From Tolypothrix carrinoi HA7290-LM1 (lineage in GTDB: Bacteria; Cyanobacteriota; Cyanobacteriia; Cyanobacteriales; Nostocaceae), in NCBI GenBank assembly GCA_019358935.1, contig JAHHIK010000050.1, forward strand, positions 1 to 58,118: 58,118 nt of DNA, given 5' to 3'. How positions within the stretch are numbered: the first letter of the stretch is position 1; each line of letters starts with the position of its first letter. The notes beneath the pieces were generated by a model. The model did no database searches, was not told the origin of the DNA, and worked only from the letters and a program-made list of their open reading frames with translations. Made by a program: the position numbers and the translations under genes. Of the stretch, positions 38,785-48,959 are shown one piece after another.

Positions 38785-39384
38785 ATGAAGACGCAAGCTT
38801 AATGGTCTGTGGATGACTATCATCGCATGGTTCAAGCGGGAATTCTGAGCGTAGACGCTCTTAGCGGCTTGTCGCCAGACATCGCCGTGTAGAATTGCAC
38901 TCGTAGCGAAATTGTTGAAATGAGTCCAGAAACCCCGATTCATTACAGTACGGCAAAACGAGGCGCGAAATACAAGCGAGGAGTTACTCTTAGGTAAAGC
39001 CGATGTTCGTTTTAATGGACCAATTACACTATCTAACTCGGAACCTGAACCAGATATCGCGTTGGCGTAGCCTCTCAGAATGAGAATCGCTCGATTACCC
39101 GAGTCAGCTTACAACAATCGTCAGGATTGCACCTGAAGATATATTTTGGGTGGTAGAGGTTGCCAAGACAAGCTTGAAGAAAGATTTAGAACTTAAAGCT
39201 TGTATTTACGCTGCTGCTTTGATTCTGTGAATATTGGGTTTTGGATTTGTCTGCAAAGCAAATAATTGTATTTCGAGAACCATTAGACGGTAATTATACT
39301 ACGGAAGAAACTATTGTAAAGGGAACGATTACACCGTTGGCATTTTTAGACATTCAGGTATCGGTTGAGAAACTGTTGGGTTGA
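38785..39384 (+). pseudogene. Degraded Uma2-family endonuclease
   Basis: Fragments WSVDDYHRMVQAGIL, SEPEPDIA, IFWVVEVAKTSLKKD, EYWVLDL, with stops, frameshifts and repeat inserts (38849-38885, ~39060-39090). Confidence 0.85.
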
Positions 39385-39622
39385 GCAATAACGCTGTTGA
39401 ATAAGAGATAATCTGTAGTAACTGGGCGTTGCGGGTTATGAAATTTTGGGTACTTCTTAATCGTCAATTCAGGCGATCGGGCATCACAAGTTGGCGGTTA
39501 CGCGACGCGTAACCGCCAATATAAGATTGCGATCGCGCTGTGCTGTGTTGCGTAAGTTCTGTGGCTGTGAAGCTAATGCCACTCCCGACAAAGTTAATTT
39601 TATTTCTCTGGGAAGTAGTTAG

Positions 39623-40345
39623 ATGTCTAACCTAACAAACTTTACATTTACAGATATGGTTGAATTTGGGTTGGATCTGTGCCAGCTCGGCTTGGGGATA
39701 GAAAGTATGGAGTCTGCCAGTAACAGAATTGTTAAGTATTTCTACGAACATTTGATTGACGAGCAAACTGGTACTCCGGTTTGCGCGCTTATTCGCTGCT
39801 TCAAAACCCATTCTTATCAGGATCTTGATGCGAAACTGAGCGAGTCTGTCCGTAGCCAGTTGGGTTATACTCCATCTGGAACCATGAAATGCTTGACTAT
39901 GCTGGCAACAGTTGGTGACAAACCGGAATGGAACTCAAGGCACAGCTCCGTTGGACATAAGATTATCCCCTTGGTAAGCGAAGATGTGGTTGCACAGTTT
40001 CCGATGATTTCACAACTGCTCAAACAGTTCGGCTTAGATGTAAGCATGGTCATCAGATCCGGTCGCCAACTTATAATAGGGTCTGAGGAGAGGAAACTTA
40101 ACGTATTCTATGTGCCTGTAGCAAAAGGCAGCCCCTACATTCCTTCCCAGGAGTCATTTGTGATTCCATTTAACATCAAGTCTGTGCTGGGTTTTGGCGG
40201 TTTATTGCCTTCGGGCAATCTGTTTGCGATTATCATCTTCTCGAAAGTTCCTATTCCCCGTAGCACTGGTGAAATCTTTAAATCCCTAGCGCCGAGTGTC
40301 AGGTCAGCCTTGTTGCGCTTTGATGGAAAAACTGTCTTTGCCTAG
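39623..40345 (+). CDS. Hypothetical protein; stand-alone version of a sensor-like domain
   Basis: 240 aa; CALIRCFKTH, WNSRHSSVGH, SPYIPSQESFV..SVLGFGGLLPSG. Confidence 0.75.
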   Translation: MSNLTNFTFTDMVEFGLDLCQLGLGIESMESASNRIVKYFYEHLIDEQTGTPVCALIRCFKTHSYQDLDAKLSESVRSQLGYTPSGTMKCLTMLATVGDKPEWNSRHSSVGHKIIPLVSEDVVAQFPMISQLLKQFGLDVSMVIRSGRQLIIGSEERKLNVFYVPVAKGSPYIPSQESFVIPFNIKSVLGFGGLLPSGNLFAIIIFSKVPIPRSTGEIFKSLAPSVRSALLRFDGKTVFA

Positions 40346-40543
40346 GTGCGCTAGCGTTCAGTTAGGTGCTGGGGTCAAATCTTTGACTTGCATGGAATTG
40401 ATATATAATGACGAGTTATTTTTATTGTGACATTTGACTCATGCGATCGCATGAGGGCAATATAAACTCAAAATTTCCGTACAATCATCCTTTTGGGGAT
40501 GTTATACGGAAAAAATTCTGATGTTATTCAAAAAACAAGGGGG

Positions 40544-42352
40544 TTAACTCAACAATTCTCCAGTCTCTTGCAGGGAGTGCAAGCGGCGGTAAATTCCTTC
40601 ATGACGCAACAATTGATCGTGACTACCCACTTCAACAATCCTACCTTGATCGAGAACCACAATTTTATCTGCTTCGCGGACTGTACTCAAACGGTGAGCA
40701 ATAATTATTGTAGTGCGAGTTCCTTGAATCGATCGCATGGCTAGTTGAATCAATCTTTCAGACTCGTAATCTAAGCTAGATGTCGCTTCGTCAAAAACTA
40801 ACACGTCAGGTTCAACTAATAATGCCCTAGCAATTCCTAAACGCTGTCTTTGTCCTCCAGATAACCTCACACCACGTTCACCGACAACTGTGTAATAACC
40901 TTCGGGTAAAGTGCGAATTACGTCGTCTAATTTGGCAATTCTACACGCTTCTTCAACTTGCTGAAAACTCGCTTGTCGATTGCCATATCTTAAATTATCC
41001 AACAAAGTACCGTTAAAAACGTCTACTTCTTGGTGAACGATCGCTAATCGTCGGCGATAATTACCAACATCTAATGTGATAATATCTTGCCCATCAATCA
41101 ATATCCTTCCCTGATTCGGATCAAAATAGCGAAACAGCAATTTCACTAAGGTAGATTTCCCGGAACCGGATCGCCCAACCAGCGCTACTGTCTGATATGG
41201 TTCTATTAACAAGTTGATGTCTTCCAGAACCGGACGGTTAGGATCGTACCCAAAAGTTACGTTAGAAAACTCAATTTTGCCTGTGAAACTATAACCCGAT
41301 TCAGTTTCTACCAAACTAGCTGCATCTACTCCAATCGGCTGCTGCATTAATTCGTGATACCCCAACATTGAAGCATAACGACGAGCAAAAATCTCTGCTA
41401 AGTTGCTGATAGGTTCCAACTCGGCATAAGCCATGCTGGAAACTGTTAAAGTCGTAAGAAAGTGTCCTAAGGAAATTTGACCTTTTACCGTAGCTGCTAA
41501 AGTTAAACCTAGTATCGCAAACACACAAAACTGAACGAATGCCGTTCTGAAAGTACCCAGCTTGATGTAACCAAGATGGATGCGGTAATCTACTACTTTA
41601 AACTCGCGGTCAAGTCGTTGTTTTTGGCGTTTAAATTCTAGTGGTTCTGTAGCAAATGCTTTAACTGTTTTGATGTTAGTGATAATTTCTGAGTTGCGGC
41701 TTTGGGTATTTTCCATGTATTTATCTAGCCGTCGTTCTTGTTCCATCAGCTTGTTTAAATCTTTCAGGGTGTAGCTGAGAATAACCACGAACGAAATCAG
41801 AAATAGTATAGCAATCCGCCACTCAATCAACAAGATAACTACAAAAATTCCCAATACTCTAAATAGTTTGGGAATCATTTGTCCGGCAACTTCCGGGTAA
41901 GTCCAAGTATGATTTTCTAAACCTCTAGCTATTTTCCCAGCGACGCGTCCGGGATTGTTTTCATCGTAAAACTCTAGCGGCAAAGTGAGTATTTTCGCTA
42001 CCGTTTTTTTAAAGTGATCTCGCTTGGTACGCAAAGCAATATCCCAATGAAACCACCAAGTTGACCAGATTTGAATTGGCGCTCTGGCAACGGTAACTAA
42101 GAAGATTACAGTCATTAGCACTGCCAAAGATGATAACCGATTTTGTGGTAATTTAATCAGGTTAGCAATTGCAGCGATCGCATTCTCTATTACATTATCT
42201 AGCGGTTGTCCCGAAAGGACGTTTAAAATTTGCCCTGTGGCATATGGTACAACCAAATCGATAATTTCAAAGATGCTCGCTGCGGCAATACTAAATATAA
42301 CCGCTACTCGATAGCGATCGTAATATTTGATAATGTCTCTAAATTTTGCCAT
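40544..42352 (-). CDS. ABC exporter, fused permease/ATPase
   Basis: TM domain, GRSGSGKST, LSGGQRQR, VFDEATS. Confidence 0.95.
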   Translation of the reverse strand: MAKFRDIIKYYDRYRVAVIFSIAAASIFEIIDLVVPYATGQILNVLSGQPLDNVIENAIAAIANLIKLPQNRLSSLAVLMTVIFLVTVARAPIQIWSTWWFHWDIALRTKRDHFKKTVAKILTLPLEFYDENNPGRVAGKIARGLENHTWTYPEVAGQMIPKLFRVLGIFVVILLIEWRIAILFLISFVVILSYTLKDLNKLMEQERRLDKYMENTQSRNSEIITNIKTVKAFATEPLEFKRQKQRLDREFKVVDYRIHLGYIKLGTFRTAFVQFCVFAILGLTLAATVKGQISLGHFLTTLTVSSMAYAELEPISNLAEIFARRYASMLGYHELMQQPIGVDAASLVETESGYSFTGKIEFSNVTFGYDPNRPVLEDINLLIEPYQTVALVGRSGSGKSTLVKLLFRYFDPNQGRILIDGQDIITLDVGNYRRRLAIVHQEVDVFNGTLLDNLRYGNRQASFQQVEEACRIAKLDDVIRTLPEGYYTVVGERGVRLSGGQRQRLGIARALLVEPDVLVFDEATSSLDYESERLIQLAMRSIQGTRTTIIIAHRLSTVREADKIVVLDQGRIVEVGSHDQLLRHEGIYRRLHSLQETGELLS

Positions 42353-42529
42353 AATGCACCCTATTTGATGAGTAGAGACGTTCCAACGGAACGTCTGTAC
42401 AAAAGTGATGAGTTCTGTTTTAACTTTTCACTTTTCGCGTTTAACTCTTCACTATTTGAGGTCGTAGTTGAGCCACGGACTTTTATACTACTAATATACT
42501 ACAATGTAGTCAAGAAGTGAAAAAGTAAA

Positions 42530-43363
42530 TCATCCTTTGGGAGTAGCTGGAAAAAATTCTAAGCGATAGCGATAAAGTGCGACTGGATGAGAGTCGGCTT
42601 TGAAGTAATCTGGATCTTGGGGTGAAAGGTAGACAGCAGTCACTTGATCTGCTTCTATTACTGGATTAGATGTAGAAAGTTTGCGGTAAGCGGTTGTTGA
42701 TTCTACGGAGTTGAAATAAGGATTAGAACCACCTTTAAATAGCTGCTGAAAGACTTCTGTAGTGATGAACTTATTATCCGGTGTAGTTTCTGTAGCGCGT
42801 GCGGTGACAATAGAAACTAGCTGAAGATTGCCTTTTAATAACGTAATTTGACGATTGGGCGATTTTGGATCTACTTTGACTGATAACACGCGATCGCCTA
42901 AATAAGTCCGCGCTAAATTCAAGCTATTAAATGCCCTATCCGCAACTACAACGGGCAATTTGTTATCTATCCGAGGTATGAATTTTAAACCGGAAACAGG
43001 CAATTGCTGTTTTATAAATCGTACTGGAAAACTCACAGGTTGATTTAGCTGTCGGCGATTGCCTTCAAAACCTGGTGTGATTATGTCTGGCGCTAAAGGT
43101 GCAGCCAAATCTATTAAAGTACTTTTAAGCTGCCAATTACCCGCCATCCAATCAGGATAAATCAAATCACCTTTAGGCGATCGCACCGTAGTTATTTTTT
43201 CCCACCGAGGAAAATTCGCCAACCTTTGACCCTTCGGGTCAGCAAGTTTCCCATCGACGCAAAGCGCCAAGACGGGAACTTGCTGACTTAATTCTCCCGC
43301 TGCTGCTTCTCTTCCAGACAGCAGAAATAAAAAAATCAAGCAAACACTTAAAATCGCTTTCAT
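42530..43363 (-). CDS. Exported conserved protein (DUF6816-like) with an in-frame repeat insertion
   Basis: Signal peptide; GDLIYPDWMAGNW, DRAFN; palindromic insert at ~43230-43285. Confidence 0.75.
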   Translation of the reverse strand: MKAILSVCLIFLFLLSGREAAAGELSQQVPVLALCVDGKLADPKGQRLANFPRWEKITTVRSPKGDLIYPDWMAGNWQLKSTLIDLAAPLAPDIITPGFEGNRRQLNQPVSFPVRFIKQQLPVSGLKFIPRIDNKLPVVVADRAFNSLNLARTYLGDRVLSVKVDPKSPNRQITLLKGNLQLVSIVTARATETTPDNKFITTEVFQQLFKGGSNPYFNSVESTTAYRKLSTSNPVIEADQVTAVYLSPQDPDYFKADSHPVALYRYRLEFFPATPKG

Positions 43364-43958
43364 AGCAAGCATTAGAGATATATATTGCAAAGTATTAATT
43401 TTTATTTGATTAAAAACTCATTCAATTAGAATTTTTATTAAAATTTCTTTATTAAAATTAACATATACAGCAATAAACTAAACAAAAACATAACTTCCCA
43501 ATCTAATTTATTGGGGTTACAGAGAAGCAAGCATAGCTAGAATAAGAGCGAATTTGTCCTCTGTGATACTTACTCACTGCTGTTTTTGAAGTTTTAGGTA
43601 AGTAAGTCTTCATGATTCTCCTTAATTAAGGTATTATTGAATTAAATAGTGTCATTTAATGTGTATAATACCTAAAAATTTTAGTATTTATACTTAATTA
43701 CCTGATTTTAATTATTTAGTGATTGTAGAATTACTTATTTTTAAAGCTTGACCGTATACTATGCTTCTATGGGGTGCTATCGATAAAGGGCAAGTAGCTT
43801 TGAACTAAAGTCAGGTATAAAACTTGCTCTTGAGCCGGCTGGTGCTTCTCCTGTCGGAGACGCTACGCGAACAACGGAGGTTTCCTCTGCAACGCACTGC
43901 CTCAAAAGATTTTTAGGGTGCTATTTCAAATAAATTCCTATTTATAGTTCTTGAACGA

Positions 43959-44831
43959 ATGAGCCTATCTAGTTCTTTTACGGATTTTTCCTTAGCGGAA
44001 TTATTCCAACTGATTGACCAAGGGCGAAAATCAGGTTGTTTGAGTGTCTGTACTTTACCAGACCTTCATGCTGCTGGATCTAAATCCCTACATTACTATA
44101 TTTGGTTTCGCCAGGGGCGTATTGTCGCTGCGGCTAATCGCTTAAATGGTCAGGAATTAGTATCTAAGATAATCAAAAGAAAGTGGTGTAACCCAGTCAG
44201 AGAAAATATTTCTAGAAGTGCTACAGGAACACCTTTGGGTTTAGAGTTGAAAACCGAAGGATTGCTGAGTGCTGAACAGCTCAATCTATTATTTGCCAGT
44301 CAACTGCAACAAGTTCGAGAACTGTTTGAAATTCAAACCGGTGTATTTAAACTTGATAGCAAGGCTACTTTGCCTTGGACAGAGATGACAGGATTAAGCC
44401 TAAGAGCAACTGAAGTAGCGCTGATGGCTTTGAGAGCATTGAAAAACTGGGAAGTATTAGCTGATGTACTTCCAGATGTCAGTTCTGGCATTAAAAGTAT
44501 TACACAAAACAAACCACAATTTCGCTTGAATCCTTTCGAGTGGCAAGTGTGGGAGTTTGCGAATGGAACTGTTGATTTAAGTGCGATCGCCTTTCAACTC
44601 AATCAACCTACATTAATAGTTCAACAAGCTGCTTTTCGGCTAATGCTTGCAGGTTTGGTAGAAGAAGTTTCTTTGCATAAATCCACCCCCGAACTAAATA
44701 ATTACCCGATGGATGAAAGTCAAGGAAATGCGTCTAGCTGGGGACAAAAAAAAGTTCCAGAACCAAACATGCTGAAGGTAAGTACAGCATTTTTACAAAA
44801 TTTAGTCGGCTTTTTAAGGAGTAAAGCTTAA
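43959..44831 (+). CDS. DUF4388/PATAN-domain protein
   Basis: DFSLAELFQLIDQGRKSGCL..IWFRQGRIVAA; winged-helix-like EWQVWEFANG. Confidence 0.9.
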   Translation: MSLSSSFTDFSLAELFQLIDQGRKSGCLSVCTLPDLHAAGSKSLHYYIWFRQGRIVAAANRLNGQELVSKIIKRKWCNPVRENISRSATGTPLGLELKTEGLLSAEQLNLLFASQLQQVRELFEIQTGVFKLDSKATLPWTEMTGLSLRATEVALMALRALKNWEVLADVLPDVSSGIKSITQNKPQFRLNPFEWQVWEFANGTVDLSAIAFQLNQPTLIVQQAAFRLMLAGLVEEVSLHKSTPELNNYPMDESQGNASSWGQKKVPEPNMLKVSTAFLQNLVGFLRSKA

Positions 44832-45376
44832 TGGAAATCCTACGCATAGTAATTACCGGTGGCGTAGGTGCAGGAAAAACCAGCTTGATTCGCACAATTA
44901 GTGAAATTGATGTCGTTGACACGGACAAGGAAGTTACAGATGAACTAGCAGAACTCAAGGCGAAAACTACCGTAGCTATGGACTTTGGGCGGATTACCAT
45001 AGCAGCCAATCAATCACTGCACCTTTATGGGACACCAGGACAAGCGCGATTTGACTTTATGTGGGACATCTTGATTCGCAAAGCTCAAGCTTACATCCTG
45101 TTAGTAGCTGCACACCGCCCGGATCATTTTCGTTATGGTCGCAAAATTGTCAAGTTTATGAATCAAAGGGTGCAAATTCCTTATTTAATTGGGGTGACTC
45201 ATACTGATTGCGCGGATGCTTGGGAACTCGAAGATGTGGCGTTAGCTTTGGGATTTGTGGATGAAACTACTCGACCGCCTTTGTTAGCTGTAAATGCTAC
45301 CGAAACAGCTTCAGTAAAAGAAGCATTAATGGCGATCGTTTTAGAATTAGCCAAATCTTGCCAGCATCAACTTTAA
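44831..45376 (+). CDS. MglA-like small GTPase
   Basis: GGVGAGKTS, TTVAMDFG, GTPGQARF, G4-like THTD. Confidence 0.9.
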   Translation: MEILRIVITGGVGAGKTSLIRTISEIDVVDTDKEVTDELAELKAKTTVAMDFGRITIAANQSLHLYGTPGQARFDFMWDILIRKAQAYILLVAAHRPDHFRYGRKIVKFMNQRVQIPYLIGVTHTDCADAWELEDVALALGFVDETTRPPLLAVNATETASVKEALMAIVLELAKSCQHQL

Positions 45377-45722
45377 CAAACAAAGCGAATGCAAAAAAAA
45401 GAATGCCAAAAGTAAAAAAGGATTCTTGCTTTTGTTAGCGTTTTCCTTTTAAGTTTAATTTGTCTTAGTAGTAAATTATCAAAACGCATCTGATGGAAAT
45501 AACTTTATTGGAATAAGCAGTTTACCGCCTATGCCTTTAGGCAAAATCCTGAAGCTACTCGCAGGGGCATTTCAGAAAACGCCTAGTGAGTCTGTAAATG
45601 CATCAAAATTGCCAACAACGGAGAATACGACCTTACCGACAACTACCGAAAATCTCGAAACGTTACCAATAAGTACGGAAAACAGGGAAATAGATTTACC
45701 AATAATTTTGGAGAAAAAAGTC

Positions 45723-46091
45723 ATGATTAACACTTCAATGCTACAAGACGAAATGCAAAACTTTGTTAGCAGCACCTCTGATGTTCAAGGCGCAGCTTTA
45801 GTCAGTCCTGATGGCTTGGCTTTAGCTTCGGTGCTACCTGGAGGTATGGACGACGAACGGACCGCTGCAATGTCTGCATCTATGCTTTCTTTGGGCGAAC
45901 GCATCGGACGCGAACTGTCTCGCGGTAATGTTGAGCGGATTGTCGTCGAAGGTGAGAAAGGCTACGGAGTTTTGGTTGGCTGTAGTAATGACGCTGTTTT
46001 ATTAGTTCTCGCTAATGCATCGGTAAAACAAGGTTTATTGTTTCTCGAAATTAAACGAGCCGTTGCTAGAATAGCACCTTTGCTTGGTTAG
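45723..46091 (+). CDS. Roadblock/LC7 (MglB-like) protein
   Basis: VQGAALVSPDGL..RTAAMSA..; GGAG RBS before 45723; the ORF stays open upstream to 45531. Confidence 0.9.
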   Translation: MINTSMLQDEMQNFVSSTSDVQGAALVSPDGLALASVLPGGMDDERTAAMSASMLSLGERIGRELSRGNVERIVVEGEKGYGVLVGCSNDAVLLVLANASVKQGLLFLEIKRAVARIAPLLG

Positions 46092-46303
46092 CTAATAACA
46101 CGAAGCAACCCGTATTCAGATTTGTGGATTGCGGATTTTCTCTCTTAAGTTGCCATTATTAATTTACAACTAATTTGTAACTTTAATTTTGGCAAAATAA
46201 AAGAAAAAATGAGGAAACTTTTCTCAGTTCCAAGCTGATGATTTATCAGGTCTGGTACTGTAATCAAAAAAGTTGGTTTTTATTAATTTTAGGAGAATCG
46301 TTT

Positions 46304-46765
46304 ATGTCACGTCCAATACTGGGAGATTTCAGTAGTATAGTTTGTTTCAAGTCGGCAATTGTCGGCATGGAAGATGCTTTGGGTGAAAAAGCAATAGCGA
46401 TCGCTTTAATTTCAGCCGGTCGCAGACGTGGTAAACATTTGGCACAAGAATTAGGTTTAGCAGGTGCAAACTTGTCTTTAGATGATCTTGCCTCCAAACT
46501 TGGGTTTGCTTTTGGTAAAGATGGTACTCGGTTGTGTATCATTAATCGTATCGAAGCCGAAGGAAATGTTATCAAAGTTTACACTAGCGAAACTTTATGT
46601 ACTACGGGGGAAGCCCCAGGTTCAGAGCGTAAATGTACTTACACCCTAGGTGCTGTTTGGGGGGCACTACAGCAAGCCTTCGGCAAGCGCTTCCAAGGAA
46701 AACACACAGAATCCGTACTTCGCGGTGGTGAGTACGATGTATTTGAGTTTACTGAAATGAATTGA
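46304..46765 (+). CDS. V4R-like ligand-binding protein
   Basis: AGGAG RBS; ETLC..CTYTLGAVWG..HTESVLRGGEYDVFEF. Confidence 0.8.
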   Translation: MSRPILGDFSSIVCFKSAIVGMEDALGEKAIAIALISAGRRRGKHLAQELGLAGANLSLDDLASKLGFAFGKDGTRLCIINRIEAEGNVIKVYTSETLCTTGEAPGSERKCTYTLGAVWGALQQAFGKRFQGKHTESVLRGGEYDVFEFTEMN

Positions 46766-46832
46766 GAATTGAGAATTCGACATTGGGCATAGGGCATAGG
46801 GCATTGGGCATAGTAGTAAAATGTAGGGTGCG

Positions 46833-47048
46833 TTAGGGAACCGTAACGCACCCTACCTTCAAAGAAGATAAGGATTCGTGTTCTGGTAATGGTGCCATGA
46901 TTTCTAAAATTGCATTGGCATAAGCAATTCTTGAAGAACGCTTTTCTCCCAACTCAGTTAAAATCGCTTCAAACCGTTGCCAAGTCACCGGCTGGAGGGT
47001 TACTTTTTGACCGGGTTCTAATTGCAAGCGGATGGAAGTTGTTAACAT
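46833..47048 (-). pseudogene. Truncated Uma2-family gene (N-terminus only)
   Basis: VTWQRFEAILTELGEKRSSRIAY..EIMAPLPEHE, then breaks at a REP-like palindrome. Confidence 0.85.
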
Positions 47049-47164
47049 GGCAATTATCTTTCCGTTGCTTGTAAATATTTATTATCGCACTCAAGCTCTA
47101 AAGATCGCGCGATCGCGCACACCGAAGGTAAGAAGTGCCGATACCAGACACTAACAAGTTGTGA

Positions 47165-47295
47165 ACCAATTACCCATTACCCCTTCGGGGTTCTGAAGGT
47201 GCTTCAAGTCGGGAGACCCGACGGCAGGTGCTTCAACGGAGGGAACCTCCGCAACGCACTGCCTCCCCAACGCACTGGCTCACCAATTACCCATT
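47165..47295 (-). repeat. SDR/STRR composite, same unit as 54195-54460
   Basis: Reverse complement of the 124-bp unit. Confidence 0.85.
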
Positions 47296-47300
47296 CCCAA

Positions 47301-47708
47301 TTACCCATTAATCTCTGTCAACGGTGCAGGTTGCCAAACTTCTCCATACTGTTCTCGTAAAGCTTGCCAAGCTTCGACTTGACCGGGTTCATATTCTCCC
47401 GGTTTACCCCATTGTAAAAATAAACTCAAAGCGGCTTCTTGTTTCTCATCTAAAAAGCGGATGGCATAGGTGGTAAAATTGCCTCGCTTCGCTTCACCCG
47501 TTTCAAATTTTACTTGAGTAATTTTATCCATATTCAAGTGAAATTCAAAACCTTCAGTGTGCATGTTAGCATATTTCCCTTTGGGTAACTCTGCATAAAA
47601 CAGCTTTTCTATTTTGCCACGCGCTTCTAATACAGCTGCACTACTAGTGACAATTAGACGTAAAGTTCCTAAAGTTTCGCAAGCTTCTAAAAATTCTTTT
47701 AAAGTCAT
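47301..47708 (-). CDS. ChuX/HutX-family heme utilisation protein
   Basis: LGTLRLIV..AVLE..KYANMHTEGFEFHL..YAIRF. Confidence 0.8.
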   Translation of the reverse strand: MTLKEFLEACETLGTLRLIVTSSAAVLEARGKIEKLFYAELPKGKYANMHTEGFEFHLNMDKITQVKFETGEAKRGNFTTYAIRFLDEKQEAALSLFLQWGKPGEYEPGQVEAWQALREQYGEVWQPAPLTEING

Positions 47709-47711
47709 AGT

Positions 47712-48003
47712 TGGGTGTTGGTTGTTAGTTGTTAGTTGTTGGTGGTTAGTTGTTAGTTGTTAGTTGTTGGTGGTTGGTTGTTGGTTGTTGGTGGTTGGTG
47801 GTTAGTTGTTGGTGGTTAGTTGTTGGTGGTTAGTTGTTGGTTGTTGGTTGTTGGTTGTTGGTTGTTGGTTGTTAGTTAAATTTACTACTAACCACGCTCC
47901 CACTATCCACTATCCACTAACGACTATCTACTAACCAATAACCACGCTCGCACTATCCACTATCCACTAACCAATAACCACTATCCACTATCCACTAACC
48001 ATT
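47712..48003. repeat. STRR arrays (GTTGTTG/GTTAGTT and CACTATC)
   Basis: Tandem heptamers and decamers. Confidence 0.9.
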
Positions 48004-48005
48004 AA

Positions 48006-48959
48006 CTATTTTTCGTGTTGCTCGTAAGCTGCGACAATTCGCTGAACTAAAGCATGGCGCACGACATCTTTTTGAGAAAATTCACAAAAGGAAATGCCTT
48101 GAACATTCTTTAAAATATGTAACGCCACCGATAATCCAGATTCTTGGTGAGGTAACAAATCGGTTTGTGTTATGTCACCTGTAATCACCATCCGAGAATG
48201 AAAGCCCAAACGAGTCAAAACCATTTTCATTTGAGCGGGTGTGGTATTTTGAGCTTCGTCTACAATCACAAAAGCGTTGTTGAGAGTGCGTCCCCGCATG
48301 TAGGCGAGGGGTGCAACTTCTATTACACCGCGTTCCATCAAATTCGGTACTTTTTCGGGGTCGATAAATTCATTGATGGCATCGTAGAGCGGACGGAGAT
48401 AGGGATTTACTTTTTGTTGTAAGTCTCCAGGCAAAAAGCCGAGTTTTTCACCGGCTTCGACGGCAGGACGAGTTAAAATAAGCTTTTCAAATTCGTTGGC
48501 AAGAAGTGCTTGCACGGCAACGACAACAGCGAGGAAAGTTTTACCAGTACCAGCAGGACCGACGCAGAATGTCAAGTCTCGCTGACGTAGAGCGTTGATG
48601 TACTGTCGCTGTCGAAAGGTTTTGGCTCGGATTTCTTCTCCTTTGCGAGTTCTGGCAAGAACATCTCGCTGCAACTCGTGTAGTTCTTCAGTGCGATCGC
48701 TATCCAAAGCCTGACGAGCTGTTAAAATATCAGCGCTAGTGATGGTATTACCACTAGTCCACAAATCTTCAAGCGATCGCACTAATCGAGTAGCTAAATC
48801 AATTTGTTTTTCTGTACCAGCAATGTGTAATTCCTGTCCCCGCAGCACCAGGTTAGCTCCTGTTTGCCGGGATATGGTTTTGAGATTTTCTTCATGTTGT
48901 CCCGCTAGCGCGATCGCGCTTTCGATATTCGGCAGTTGAATTGGCAAGGCAGCTGCCAT
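48006..48959 (-). CDS. phoH: PhoH-family ATPase
   Basis: GPAGTGKT, TRPAVEAGEKLGFLPG, YMRGRT, DEAQN. Confidence 0.97.
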   Translation of the reverse strand: MAAALPIQLPNIESAIALAGQHEENLKTISRQTGANLVLRGQELHIAGTEKQIDLATRLVRSLEDLWTSGNTITSADILTARQALDSDRTEELHELQRDVLARTRKGEEIRAKTFRQRQYINALRQRDLTFCVGPAGTGKTFLAVVVAVQALLANEFEKLILTRPAVEAGEKLGFLPGDLQQKVNPYLRPLYDAINEFIDPEKVPNLMERGVIEVAPLAYMRGRTLNNAFVIVDEAQNTTPAQMKMVLTRLGFHSRMVITGDITQTDLLPHQESGLSVALHILKNVQGISFCEFSQKDVVRHALVQRIVAAYEQHEK

